Shown here one piece after another: positions 30,701 to 39,454 of a stretch of 59,427 bases of DNA. The stretch is from positions 1 through 59,427 of the IMG/VR virus record IMGVR_UViG_3300027985_000562; one strand, 5' to 3'. The DNA comes from a virus (taxonomy: Duplodnaviria; Caudoviricetes). The position numbers and the translations under genes were made by a program. The notes under the pieces are model-generated. The model saw nothing but the letters and a program-made list of their open reading frames with translations, was not told where the DNA came from and did not search any database. The stretch's first letter is position 1. Every line of letters begins with the position of its first letter.

Positions 30701-33700
30701 TGCGTATGACGCGCTGATGGATCTAGCGGGAATCCTGAATATTCCACCACAAGCGATCTCATTAAACGGCAAGTTAGGGATCGCGTTTGGTGCGCGTGGC
30801 TCCGGCGGTAAGTTCCCAGCGAAAGCACACTACGAACCGGGCAAGGTGGTTATCAACCTGACTAAACAAAACGGCGCGGGTTCGCTGGGCCACGAATGGT
30901 GGCACGCGATTGATAATTATTTTGCCAATATGCGGGGTAAGGAAAGCAATTCCACCTATGCCACTGAATCCACTGAATCCTCACTCGCATCTCGTGGCGG
31001 CAGATACCACAAATCAGAATTTGTGCGGAACGAAATGATTGATGCGTTCGGCGGTATTGTCAAAGCCATCCAAGAGAGCGGGATTGTGAAGCGCTCCGGG
31101 TTGCTGGATGATCGTCGCAGTACGCCATACTGGGCGACCACCAGAGAAATGACCGCTCGATCATTTGAGGCGTATCTAATTTCCAAACTGCAGGATCAGA
31201 ACGCATCCAATGACTATCTGGCGAACATTTTACCGCCGAAATCATGGGAGTTGGTAGCGCCTGATGAACAGATCAAGTCCGGCTATCCATACCCAACGTT
31301 AGATGAACTGCCATCTATCCGTGGCGCATATGACAACTTTTTCTCTGCAATTGATCACCGGACCGATGAAGACGGGAAAGTAGCGCTTTTCTCTACCATC
31401 AAACCAACTGAGGCGGAGAAAACCGGACGCGGCATGAAACCACAAGAGGCACGATTAGTGGCGTCCGAGTGGCTGAAACAATTTAAAACCGACATTAAGA
31501 TTGATGTGGTAGCCAACCAGGATGAATTTGCAAAAGCAATGGACCGTTACGGCTTTGCTCACACGATCCAGAGTGGAGAGCATGATAACGCCGCGTACCT
31601 GCCAACGGCAAAAACCATCCTGATCAATGCAGCCATGATCAAAGACCCCGCCCGCCTGCGCCAGATCATGCGTCATGAAATTCTGGTTCACCATGGCTTG
31701 CGTTATGTGGTGGGCGGAGATGCTTACGCAAAAATCATTGACGCGATCCGTCATGGCTATGAAACATCGGACGCGATCAAAGAAGCCGTTGCCACAGTGG
31801 AAGAGAACTATCCGAATGCCGACACGATGACAGCATTTGAGGAAGTGTTTGCGCACTACGCTGAATCCCGTCCGGTAGCTAATGGCACCATTGGCCGCTG
31901 GTGGCGTCGTGTTGTGAATCTAATTAAAACCGGTCTGGAGAAAGTTGGTTTCATTAAGCGGAATGAATCAGAGAAAGTCCTTGATTCAATTCTGGATGAC
32001 ATTGCTGAAAACATGCGCAAAGGCATTGAAGACGGAGCATTTACCAAGGAACCATTAAAAAGTATGGTTCAAGCCAAGAGAAGTAATAACGACGCACCAA
32101 TGTTCTCAACTGCCGCTGTAGATGATGAGATCACCAGCAATTCACCGGATGATTCCAGCTTTGGTAAGGCTTCATCTGTTCTGAAACACTCTGGCAGCAC
32201 CCTGTTCAACTGGCTCAAACAAGGCCGCCGTGTTGCACTGGGGACACTCACTGACCTGCAGATCGATGACATCTATCACGAGATCACTGGTGGCGCTGTC
32301 GGTAAATATCAGAAACTGCGCGGCGAGATGGAAGCCAACCGCAATGATATTTTGCTGGAGGCAGAAACTAAGATCGAACCACTTTGGGACGCGATGCCAA
32401 CCAAGGAAAAGGCGGCGCTGTCTAATCTGATGCATGATGCAACTATGGCCCGGTTGCACCCAGATATCCCGTTGTCAGCGAACACTCTTTATCAGGAAGT
32501 AAAACACAAACTAGCGAAGGCGCGGACCGAGAAAACCAAGGCGGAGTATCAGGAAGAGTTAAATATTATTGCCGACAACCATAGACAACTTGCAGAGCGT
32601 TACAACCTGACCAGCAAACAAGGCAAAGAGTTGTATCAGACTATGCGCAAAGTCTATGACCAACAATGGAAAGATCTGCGCGAAGCGATTGACCAGAGGA
32701 TCATGGACGTGATGGGTAATGGTGGTAAAGCGCTGTCAGAAAAACTGCGTCAGAAATTAGATCACTCGTTATATCACGGTCCATATTTCCCACTAGCGCG
32801 CTTTGGTAACTATATCGTCAAAGCCAAGAAAGATGGGGAGTATATCCGCAATCACTTTGAGAGCCGCAAGGATGCTGAAGCCGCATTAAACCAATTCAGA
32901 AAAGATGGGTATGACGCGGTAATGACGGTGAAGGAAGAAGGCACCGGCGATCGCGGCAACATGCACGCGCTGGGTATGGAAGTGATGGATCTGTTAGATA
33001 AAGCAGATAAATCAGAACAAAGCACAGAAGAGTTAAAAGACGCGGTGTGGCAGGCCATGCTTGAACTTTTGCCGGACGCCAGCTATGCGAAACACGCGAT
33101 CCACCGTAACCGCATTAAGGGTGCCAGCCGGGATGGACACCGGGCTTATCTGCAAAGCGTCTATCATTACGCCCACCACATTTCAAAAATCCGCTACGGT
33201 CACAAAATGAAAGCGGAGTTGGATGGATTGAAGGCGCAAATTCAAGCCGCCGTGCAGGGTGAGAAATCCAATATCAACCAGGATGATATTGAGATCGCGC
33301 AGCAAGTGCTCAATGAAATGAACAGACGGCATGAACTGAATATGAATCCGAAGGGATCGCCGCTGGCCGGGAAGCTAGGGAATCTCGGTTTCCTGTTCTA
33401 TCTGGGCGCATCTCCAGCCGCCGCCGTGGTCAACATGACCCAGAACGCCACCGTCATGCTGCCTCAACTGGGCGGTAAATTCGGGTTTGCCAAGGCGTCT
33501 GCCGCCATGCTTAAAGCGGTTTCAGATTATGCACGGCATGGGGTATTTAAAGCGGGAACAAAAGAAGCATGGGTTTCTCTGACTCGGGCCGAAAAAGGGA
33601 TCTCTAAAGATGAAAAATCTATGCTACTCAACCTGTATAAAGCGGGCGTTTTGGATCTGACGCAGGCGCACAGTATTGCCGCACGCGCTGACACCGATCA

Positions 33701-34898
33701 GCAAAACGTGAACGTCCATTCCAGATGGTCCCGCAAGGCGATGGCATGGGCCGGATCTTTATTCCACAACGCGGAGGTGTTTAACCGTGAAGTGGCCGCG
33801 CTGACCGCGTACCGGTTACTGAAAGAGAAGAACCCAGCCATTTCAGAAGAGCAAGCTACTGATGAGGTAGCAAAAATGGTCTATGAGGGCCATGGTAACT
33901 ATGCAGCATCCAACCGTCCGCGCTACATGCGTGGTGATGTCGCCAAGGTGCTGACTCAGTTTAAGATCTACAGTCAGATGATGACCTACACACTGGCACG
34001 CAACGCGATCCTGGCCGCCAAAGGGGATCAGGCCGCATTGCGCACGCTGGGTGGTATGTTAGGTGCAACATGGGTCATGGCTGGCGCGATGGGGCTACCA
34101 ACGCCAATCACAATGGCACTGTACGCCATTGCAGCCGGTATTGATGACGACGACGATCGCACTGGTGAGGCTTCATTCAGACTCGGGTTAAGTGATGCAC
34201 TCGGTCCGGACTTAGGGGAATTGATCGCCAAAGGCCCGCTGGATATGTTTACTAACCTGAATATATCAGGCCGCACCGGCCTTAATAGCTTATGGTGGCG
34301 CGATCCAAAAGACGGCACCGAAGGTGATGATCTGACCTTCCATTACATGCAACAGATCGCCGGACCAGTGTTAGGGATTGGTGTGACTGCGGTGCGCGGG
34401 ATGCGTGATTTTGCAGATGGCAATATTCAGCGTGGTATTGAGGGGATGTCACCAAAAGCGGTTAAAGATCTGGCGAAGTCCTACCGGCAGATCCGTGAAG
34501 GTGAAAAAACCCGCACCGGCGACAGTATCATTGATGATGTTAGCTCTTGGAATATCGCCATGCAGGCCATGGGATTTAGCTCTGCAGATATGGCAGACAT
34601 CTACTCTGCCCGCGAGTACATCAAAGGCAAAGAGAAGGTTATCCGGGAGACGAGATCGAATCTGCTGGCGGACTACTTTGATGCGATGCGCAGCCAGAAT
34701 AAATCAGATATGGAAGACGTGATGGATCAGATCCGTAAATTCAATGAGAAACACAGAGAAGATCAGATCACAAACAAAACCATTCGCCAGTCAGTCAAGA
34801 GCAGACGACGTTCAATGGAGCGCACGCAAGCTGGTGTGTACCTTGATAAGAATCATGAATACCTGCGGAAGGAGGGCGGGTTTCTGAACAAGAACTAA
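24741..34898 (+). CDS. Giant polyvalent ejection protein (DdrB-like ParB, LPD5-like, LPD1/zincin-like, MPTase-like, PLxRFG domains)
   Basis: LIASHD...LQPRDRSR...GAPIV..GIVESGNGR (DdrB-ParB); ITDFGEKLGGAKKD (LPD5); FGFRGVEFGNW...GAGSLGHEWWHAIDNY (LPD1, HExxH); RHEILVHHGL; PYFPLARFG. Start probably 24741 or 24747. Confidence 0.85.
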   Translation: MTMADQIKFDEKSVAESWNRNVKLRDELAAQAGQPDNLEIGVGDATLALGGSAISNTGGLVKNISLGDAVRAGRSYADGSFVKGIVDGAVDLVTGGNIEKTKAEGKGLLTDALGLGDVHFNGVDPSKNPVKEAAKTVANKAADVVESAGDVADKYAVRPVAKPLGQAIQNAGEAVKGFESEDAKKAANSQFFTQDENGYHFGDAWNDPAKIVMRISDVIGTMAPTIIAGMLTEGTLAPMVTKSMIGRGVGEELAKQIGKATAERVASKVVLAGGMGMSIGQSADQAHDAVSGLTHEQLMNSPTYRENIRLINADPANQSLSSTERLELARERTAEQAASYARSDPATYAGAVAGTVLGDSYLFKMITGKKEAAEVTGNILTRFVKGMVKGGLREGPGEGIEEGIQKNIANRASNEFAGTNIDPMEGVGLSALEAGALGFATGGAGGGISADLHGSSSPSVDTNANAKVDTNQTTAPETTIPSSEAGEVDINTAIKEVADGRKVPGAFSIGKGPEGYRAAYIDLGGALRVTKPYATAVEAQQDAIKSVTPKAGNTQTQEGQPAPEGQPGSETADATDDMANIPAYVRNGEMSDELHDVTRRTRAEQAAQVAQEQAAADVGVMQPNAEQVTGDPNEPAFLRTQKTNPTGRDVGGLPEADPYTEAQAALARGETAPTPEQLVQEAIRQGDQGKTPAETSYPLRGQLLPEQQGQTLPATTPTVEGVTVDGQSDEVIPPERGLGYNGAINMSGPGGNGVNNNYVPPVTADRVSTDQSLDKETIRDPRSPVGQAIQNAGNETDAIFDQLKTVRVTKKGKPFATEKEAQMASRKTETPIALPTGGFGVVEKTELEQALSQWKAQTPASFEGGMPQNQGVTFTPPANQQTNVNSKEQTTEKPVNKTESYNERLKSRQDRIKESTNESDVDQIISEQETDPERDWDTTRSLGFLADKQKNLLRNRANQLDKERRLNAGKSVNAGEFSYQNEAESYAKKMNQKNDGFIYETKAPTMERGQDMWGETIDNKWHVTKKRNIADQAAGKQSPETVTTPVVKKESQSVVSPDLSMDADNNQPDAPPSGGNAPEQAPQTPEPEKKQDYPWTSAAMNKYGTINLNGDQAALKQWANEHGVVFGTSKNGIVVAKSSVPYVQSILDQEATNDVSSDGDIRQRRGDGDNRADTESTTGTSDTKSGNGRDTGRPDDATEHGADHGNTGSMDGGRNTDDGAVTTEQPTSNGKQVTVHTPAGKPVDTEYRLMEADDLIASHDFDGNTNSQFPQHLQPRDRSRATARNQLYQIAQNPVPERLTDSAESDRGAPIVKDGIVESGNGRTIGLKEAYRRGNAAAYKQYLADHASEYGLTAQQVNAMKNPILVRERLTEMTPEQVREFTVDSNKGAGLSLGATEQANADAAGLSNEILALLSIPEDGDVLSRSNEQFLNAFGAMLGNNELAQYKTPDGAWNQAFKKRVENAIFAKGYGNQELLAEIAESTKPEVKNVLTGLMNVSGKLAELRSIDNETGATLANIFADAANVIARSRRDGVSVKDTLSQNDMFGDGVSSEAGMLAEWLDADARSAKKITERLGRLTNNLLTNARNQDQADIFTGQPETKRNVKDVINEERGRQEQQAASRQQTGTDLFGANPPRLDTKKNGGIPSDAEQGRQGNQPEVSKPKEKITDFGEKLGGAKKDLWHSIKDSMEGETVDEIASLPLSKSWPEPNYQKLLEEGVDPWSVALMHSVRDAVPSKPKSYGVGRWAEQVKGLRELATRVLENEESRRAAEDYIKIEASKSRTMRDVLNTIELYQLVGHEKNLSNFRIRSGQYSVFDGVKYDPPKTIWTIEQRGKNRSLSNWPRQSLHADTRNELLENFKKTYTELLAQGTPKRLTTFEVYSYRDGSGYFAGKKIGRHPVALSDTFKTSREVRDYIKEHHDELVTKLEKYKEIPSERRDTNNPRVGEDMRNGQDVTPEMFGEAFGFRGVEFGNWVEQKKRQADLNNAYDALMDLAGILNIPPQAISLNGKLGIAFGARGSGGKFPAKAHYEPGKVVINLTKQNGAGSLGHEWWHAIDNYFANMRGKESNSTYATESTESSLASRGGRYHKSEFVRNEMIDAFGGIVKAIQESGIVKRSGLLDDRRSTPYWATTREMTARSFEAYLISKLQDQNASNDYLANILPPKSWELVAPDEQIKSGYPYPTLDELPSIRGAYDNFFSAIDHRTDEDGKVALFSTIKPTEAEKTGRGMKPQEARLVASEWLKQFKTDIKIDVVANQDEFAKAMDRYGFAHTIQSGEHDNAAYLPTAKTILINAAMIKDPARLRQIMRHEILVHHGLRYVVGGDAYAKIIDAIRHGYETSDAIKEAVATVEENYPNADTMTAFEEVFAHYAESRPVANGTIGRWWRRVVNLIKTGLEKVGFIKRNESEKVLDSILDDIAENMRKGIEDGAFTKEPLKSMVQAKRSNNDAPMFSTAAVDDEITSNSPDDSSFGKASSVLKHSGSTLFNWLKQGRRVALGTLTDLQIDDIYHEITGGAVGKYQKLRGEMEANRNDILLEAETKIEPLWDAMPTKEKAALSNLMHDATMARLHPDIPLSANTLYQEVKHKLAKARTEKTKAEYQEELNIIADNHRQLAERYNLTSKQGKELYQTMRKVYDQQWKDLREAIDQRIMDVMGNGGKALSEKLRQKLDHSLYHGPYFPLARFGNYIVKAKKDGEYIRNHFESRKDAEAALNQFRKDGYDAVMTVKEEGTGDRGNMHALGMEVMDLLDKADKSEQSTEELKDAVWQAMLELLPDASYAKHAIHRNRIKGASRDGHRAYLQSVYHYAHHISKIRYGHKMKAELDGLKAQIQAAVQGEKSNINQDDIEIAQQVLNEMNRRHELNMNPKGSPLAGKLGNLGFLFYLGASPAAAVVNMTQNATVMLPQLGGKFGFAKASAAMLKAVSDYARHGVFKAGTKEAWVSLTRAEKGISKDEKSMLLNLYKAGVLDLTQAHSIAARADTDQQNVNVHSRWSRKAMAWAGSLFHNAEVFNREVAALTAYRLLKEKNPAISEEQATDEVAKMVYEGHGNYAASNRPRYMRGDVAKVLTQFKIYSQMMTYTLARNAILAAKGDQAALRTLGGMLGATWVMAGAMGLPTPITMALYAIAAGIDDDDDRTGEASFRLGLSDALGPDLGELIAKGPLDMFTNLNISGRTGLNSLWWRDPKDGTEGDDLTFHYMQQIAGPVLGIGVTAVRGMRDFADGNIQRGIEGMSPKAVKDLAKSYRQIREGEKTRTGDSIIDDVSSWNIAMQAMGFSSADMADIYSAREYIKGKEKVIRETRSNLLADYFDAMRSQNKSDMEDVMDQIRKFNEKHREDQITNKTIRQSVKSRRRSMERTQAGVYLDKNHEYLRKEGGFLNKN

Positions 34899-34958
34899 GC
34901 GGGCAGAGCGGGGGTCAGTATATAATTACTATATGATCCCCGCATGAAAGGTGCCGCC

Positions 34959-35111
34959 ATGAAAGAAAAACTAGGTGATATTCTGGGGCGGATCGCTGGA
35001 TGCGTCATTGTTGGCTCTGCGATTGGTGCGGTTTTTGGTCTAGCAAACTATCCGTTTGAATCTATTGGGACCGTGATCTTTATACTGCTATTACTGGAGT
35101 TTTATAAGTAG
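34959..35111 (+). CDS. Small two-TM membrane protein (50 aa; below the ORF-track cut-off)
   Basis: MKEKLGDILGRIAGCVIVGSAIGAVFGLANYPFESIGTVIFILLLLEFYK; AAGGT upstream. Confidence 0.5.
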   Translation: MKEKLGDILGRIAGCVIVGSAIGAVFGLANYPFESIGTVIFILLLLEFYK

Positions 35112-35567
35112 CGTCACCCCATTCCACCAATCAAGCAAAACAGGCATAACAAAATCAAATAATTGAGGCAATAAAGTTATTCCCGCCACCCTATCTGCGC
35201 CCTTTCCCATCCGGCTCCGTTGCAACCAGCGGGACGGCGGCAGCACATCCTCAATCGACACGCCAATGCACGAGCACACCACCACTAAATCCGCAATTCC
35301 CATAAATTCAGTGTGATCCGGGTCTAGCCATTGAGACATGGTTGATGTTGGAATTCCAGTTGCAAAACATAACGCGCTGATCTTCCAATGTCGTTCATCA
35401 ATGATTTTGGCTAATCGCAGCTTGCACTCAACCACATATTTTTTAGCAACCGGGGTAATGTATCGTTTGATTATTCTAGTCATCCAGAGCCTCACGAAAG
35501 CATGTTTTCCGTTTATACGTCTTGTGGATAATCCGTAATCACGAACCAATTTACTCTCGCGGAACAT
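35091..35567 (-). CDS. Cro/C1-type HTH protein
   Basis: RLAKIIDERHWKISALCFATGIPTSTMSQWLDP...ADLVVVCSCIGVSIEDVLP; start uncertain. Confidence 0.65.
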   Translation of the reverse strand: MFRESKLVRDYGLSTRRINGKHAFVRLWMTRIIKRYITPVAKKYVVECKLRLAKIIDERHWKISALCFATGIPTSTMSQWLDPDHTEFMGIADLVVVCSCIGVSIEDVLPPSRWLQRSRMGKGADRVAGITLLPQLFDFVMPVLLDWWNGVTLLIKLQ

Positions 35568-35621
35568 TAATAGGCGCTAATATTATTAGGTTGTTTACAT
35601 AATTTTACACGGGGTAAAAAA

Positions 35622-35834
35622 ATGAAAACAATTGAAATGTCCATGGAGGACTATATAAATCTCAGGCGTTCCGTCGCAAGAATTGGCGTAATCATCGATC
35701 TGCTTTGGCTTTCAGTAGATAATCAACCCTCAGAAGACGTACAACAAAACGCACTCGAAAGCGCGCATGATGATTATCAATCTGCTAGGAACATACTCTC
35801 AAACATTGACAAAACAGTGTCAAAGTGTAATTAG
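35622..35834 (+). CDS. Small hypothetical protein
   Basis: GGGG RBS before the ATG; helical, acidic 70 aa; a terminator-like hairpin follows at 35855-35873. Confidence 0.55.
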   Translation: MKTIEMSMEDYINLRRSVARIGVIIDLLWLSVDNQPSEDVQQNALESAHDDYQSARNILSNIDKTVSKCN

Positions 35835-35879
35835 TTATTACATAACTAGAACGCAAAAACCCGCCGGGGCGGGTCATGG

Positions 35880-36180
35880 GATTTGTGTTACTGGCTTTTT
35901 TTTGTGTTGATCCTTCCGGTTTGGATCAGTAACACAACCAGTAACACAGCAAAATAAAGCATTGATTATAAATGACTTATCGACGAATCTCGCACATATC
36001 ACAATTGGTACAAGCCTCAGTAATAAATAACGCCATTTCAATAACTTATCTGTTTTTTGCCTATATATCAGCAGGTTAGCTTTCTATTTCCTATCGCCAG
36101 CATCGCTGTCAAATGACGATAAAAACAACAAATTTGGTTTGATATTCCTTTGTGCGTAACACAAAATAGCAACACAAGGC
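35880..36180. other. Putative attP region
   Basis: AT-rich intergenic stretch beside int, with arm-type GTAACACA repeats in both orientations (35884-35894, 35927-35949, 36156-36177) and IHF-like ...AANNNNTTA sites. Confidence 0.7.
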
Positions 36181-36251
36181 CATTTTCATCACTTTAAAAT
36201 GCCGCATGTGTGAGCCTTCTTTTAAACGTCGGCATTATCAAGGAGTTAGCC

Positions 36252-37652
36252 GTGGTACGCACCGTAACACAACCCGATAAACCACAAAAAGAAGACTCGT
36301 ACTTAGCTGCACTGGACCGGTGGGAGTCCTGCAAGCCACCCTACAACCACACCGATCTCCGGGTTTGTGTTACTGCAATCCGCTATATACTTGAATATAC
36401 TGGAAAATCCAGAAGATCTAAGTATGAGAAAGAAAACTACCTGCGGATCGACTTCAATAAAGTGGGTAAGGTAACATTTTATGCAGAATTTCCAAGTGCC
36501 ATGGGCCTAAAAGGTAAAAAATTAGGTGAGTGGCCGGAGATGACTTTGCCGGTTGCCAGAGAGAAGGCGCAAGCCATGGCCGCTGGTGGTCTGCGCGCTG
36601 AATCTGTTTACTCGGTGATTGATGCATACCTGGCTGATCTGGATGCCAAGGTGAAACGCGGAAAGCTCAGTGAGAATAGCTATTATACCTACTCGGTCCG
36701 TATCGGCAGGATCAGGGAATCGTTTGGTGAACGGGATGTGTTTTCTGATATCGGCTTTCAGCGCCTGATTGACATTATCAATGAGTGGATCAACAACAAG
36801 TCCGGCAATAACGCGATCGAATTGTTTGGCGAACTGCGCCGCCTGTGGCGCTTTGGTGCGCCGCTATTCTGCAACGGGCAGAACGTCGCCGCGCTGATAC
36901 AGGATGACTATGTAACGTCCCGCGTCCCGAAGCCAACCCCGACACGGTTATTCACGGACATTGAATCGATCGCAACGTTATGGATGAACGTGGCCGCCTG
37001 CTCTTCAATTCACCAAAAGAATGCGGTCCGGTATATGATCCTAACAGGGGTCCGTCCGATCAACGTCTGTAATTTAAAATGGGAATTCATTGATAGCGAT
37101 CTGCGGGAGATTGTATATCCGGCGGGGGTAGTGGGGATGCGCGGGGCCATGAAGACACAGAAAGAGTTTCGCCTGCCCGTCACCCCGGCAATCAAAACAA
37201 TCCTGCTGGAACAGATAGAGTGGCGGGATGCCGCTGATGGGTGTAATAAAGAGTATGTTTTCCTGCAGCCGCGTGATCCTAGACTGCCCTTTGCGAAACG
37301 ATCGTTGGATAAATTGATGAAGGACTACAGCCCGGATGGTGCTGTAAAAGGGACCGTCCATGATGGTACGGTAAAAGGGCGCGCTGGCGCGTTCAATACC
37401 ATGTGCCGCAAGTTTCTGAAAAGTAACGTGATCGCCCAGATGCGGACGCGGGGATTTTCCCGGTCCGACACCAGAGAGATCAGTAAGTTGTGTATGCACC
37501 ACTCTGATAAAGGGATCGACCAGATGGCGGAGCATTACGATTTTTCAGATGAGATCTTACAGGAAGAGATGGCACTGAAACGTCAGGCATTTGAGGCGCA
37601 CGAGTCAAGCATCCTCGCGCAGGTGGCTTTATTGCGGCGCAGAAGTCAGTAG
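36252..37652 (+). CDS. int: Tyrosine integrase
   Basis: N-terminal arm-binding LGEWPEMTLPVAREKA; catalytic ILTGVRPINV (R), K, MCRK (R), MHH and a C-terminal HY. AGGAG RBS favours GTG 36252. Confidence 0.85.
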   Translation: MVRTVTQPDKPQKEDSYLAALDRWESCKPPYNHTDLRVCVTAIRYILEYTGKSRRSKYEKENYLRIDFNKVGKVTFYAEFPSAMGLKGKKLGEWPEMTLPVAREKAQAMAAGGLRAESVYSVIDAYLADLDAKVKRGKLSENSYYTYSVRIGRIRESFGERDVFSDIGFQRLIDIINEWINNKSGNNAIELFGELRRLWRFGAPLFCNGQNVAALIQDDYVTSRVPKPTPTRLFTDIESIATLWMNVAACSSIHQKNAVRYMILTGVRPINVCNLKWEFIDSDLREIVYPAGVVGMRGAMKTQKEFRLPVTPAIKTILLEQIEWRDAADGCNKEYVFLQPRDPRLPFAKRSLDKLMKDYSPDGAVKGTVHDGTVKGRAGAFNTMCRKFLKSNVIAQMRTRGFSRSDTREISKLCMHHSDKGIDQMAEHYDFSDEILQEEMALKRQAFEAHESSILAQVALLRRRSQ

Positions 37653-37849
37653 GTACTCTGACATTTTTCAATGAAGTTCATGACGTTTTGGCGGCGGAAG
37701 CGGACAACGCGATCGGATAACCGAATTGGAGCCAGGATATCCCGGTACTTATGGTGGTTCGACCATTCCCGGAGCGTGCTGGCACCAATGCCGCCCAACA
37801 TTTCACACACTTCACTTGGTGTTAGCAATTCAAGATCATCCTCTTTCAT
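37646..37849 (-). CDS. xis: Excisionase / AlpA-MerR-type HTH
   Basis: LLTPSEVCEMLGGIGASTLREW...PIRLSDRVVRFRRQNVMNFIE; convergent with and overlapping int. Confidence 0.75.
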   Translation of the reverse strand: MKEDDLELLTPSEVCEMLGGIGASTLREWSNHHKYRDILAPIRLSDRVVRFRRQNVMNFIEKCQSTY

Positions 37850-37876
37850 GATTCATTCCTCTATTGACGCGGATCC

Positions 37877-38179
37877 CTAATACAACATTTCAGAAAACAA
37901 CTCATTTGTTTTGTAGCTAAGTTCATGGCGGATCTGGTTATTTTGTTTGGCAATTTTCAACGCCTGTTTTCTGTCGTAAAACGTTCCAAACTGATCAATA
38001 AAACCCTGACATTCCTTTTCTATTTTAACGCACAGGTTATATGGAATGTTTGAAAACTGATCGAGCATCTGTTTATCCCAGTGACGCGCACCAATTAACA
38101 GATGACTGAAATTAACACTCCCCACATCCATTACGACGCGGATCGCCGCACAAACAATCATTGGTTTGTTTCTATTCAT
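37877..38179 (-). CDS. Conserved phage hypothetical protein
   Basis: IVCAAIR...GARH...QGFIDQFGTFYDRKQA...LFSEMLY motif. Confidence 0.7.
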   Translation of the reverse strand: MNRNKPMIVCAAIRVVMDVGSVNFSHLLIGARHWDKQMLDQFSNIPYNLCVKIEKECQGFIDQFGTFYDRKQALKIAKQNNQIRHELSYKTNELFSEMLY

Positions 38180-38508
38180 TATTCCACCTCATAACCTAAT
38201 TCATCACAAATCAACTCAAGATCTTTTAATGCCCGATTGTATCCATCTGCATATGCATTCTGATGACTAAATACAACCTCATCACCATTAAGCTCCAACT
38301 CAATTTCATCTGGAAATTTAATTTTTGGTTTGTTGTGTGCTTTTCTCCATGTTATCCATGCAACATTAGTCAGCATATTTTCATAATCACCAGCGCGCAC
38401 TTCACGCCAATTACGTCTAATATTCGTAACCGGAAATAACGCGCCAGATAAAACAGCAGCCTCAAAATGTTTTCTTGATTCGTCGGTCATTGCGATCTCC
38501 AGTGACAA
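38179..38508 (-). CDS. Hypothetical early protein
   Basis: Packed leftward ORF; YADGYNRAL motif. Confidence 0.6.
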   Translation of the reverse strand: MSLEIAMTDESRKHFEAAVLSGALFPVTNIRRNWREVRAGDYENMLTNVAWITWRKAHNKPKIKFPDEIELELNGDEVVFSHQNAYADGYNRALKDLELICDELGYEVE

Positions 38509-38520
38509 TAAAGTTCCGTA

Positions 38521-38751
38521 TTAGTAGACGGCAATATAATAAACGTCCCGATTATCATCCCGATCAAGTCCGCTGCAGGGTGGTGAATTAAAACATTTAT
38601 GGTTGTCACCATGAAATGAGCAAAGCTCACAAACATTCTCAACATCAAGCGGGCATTCGCGTGAAGCATAATTCAGTTTGCCAAACTTAAAATTATTCTG
38701 GTCTAAAGCGTCAAATGATTGAACAGTTTTATTGTCCATACAACACCTCAA
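38521..38751 (-). CDS. Small Cys-rich hypothetical protein
   Basis: CELCSF...C...PCSG...R.D...VYY. Confidence 0.55.
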   Translation of the reverse strand: MRCCMDNKTVQSFDALDQNNFKFGKLNYASRECPLDVENVCELCSFHGDNHKCFNSPPCSGLDRDDNRDVYYIAVY

Positions 38752-38769
38752 TTATTATTTTGTACCGGA

Positions 38770-39141
38770 TTAATCGAAAAGATAAAAATTCCAGAAAGAA
38801 GGTTTACCAAGGTTTAATTCTTTACCCGGCGCGTTATCTAGTTTTTCAATTTCTTTTAACATGAATCCAGAAAGATCCATCGCTAATTTTGCTCTTGTAA
38901 ATTGAGATGATTTTCGTTTTTGATATGAAGCAAGCGCCATCTCTTTTGTCTGGTGACAAAGCCGTTTGCCGGGACCGTTTAACACAAAACGTTTTTTACC
39001 AAAGGTTTCCCCACTGTAAGGGGAAGTTTCCTTTACCCATGCGCCACAAGGCGTCTGCTTTACCTCCAAGAACTCACGCAAAACAAGGAGCACGCCTTCT
39101 TCCTCAATGGAATCCTCATATCTGTATCGCAATGTCCTCAT
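38770..39141 (-). CDS. Hypothetical early protein
   Basis: GAGG RBS; KQTPCGAWV...KKRFV motif. Confidence 0.65.
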   Translation of the reverse strand: MRTLRYRYEDSIEEEGVLLVLREFLEVKQTPCGAWVKETSPYSGETFGKKRFVLNGPGKRLCHQTKEMALASYQKRKSSQFTRAKLAMDLSGFMLKEIEKLDNAPGKELNLGKPSFWNFYLFD

Positions 39142-39150
39142 AAAATTTCC

Positions 39151-39432
39151 TCAGTTAACTCTGATTGCAAATACCGTCACCGGATATAGACCAAAGTGGG
39201 GATGAATAATTGTCTGGATCTCATACCCGCGCCATGGCCTGACAACGATCCTGGTAAAGTCATCCTTTCTCGGATAACCACGTTTCAGATATATCTCGTC
39301 ATACTCTCTGCCTTCGAGTAGCTTTTTCCATCTGGGCGTCATTTCCCTGTATTCATACTTTTTTCTGCCTGACTTTATCTCTAGGAAATAACCCGTCATC
39401 ATTGGAATATGAAGAATTCTTTTCTTGTTCAT
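39151..39432 (-). CDS. ASCH/PUA-domain protein
   Basis: YFLEIKSGRKKYEYRE...W...RGYP. Confidence 0.75.
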   Translation of the reverse strand: MNKKRILHIPMMTGYFLEIKSGRKKYEYREMTPRWKKLLEGREYDEIYLKRGYPRKDDFTRIVVRPWRGYEIQTIIHPHFGLYPVTVFAIRVN

Positions 39433-39454
39433 TCATCCTCCCGTTACCAATACA

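Noticed and set aside
408-34722. Numerous antisense and off-frame ORFs listed in the six-frame track across the structural region
   Set aside because: They lie within well-supported genes and lack RBS or recognisable motifs.
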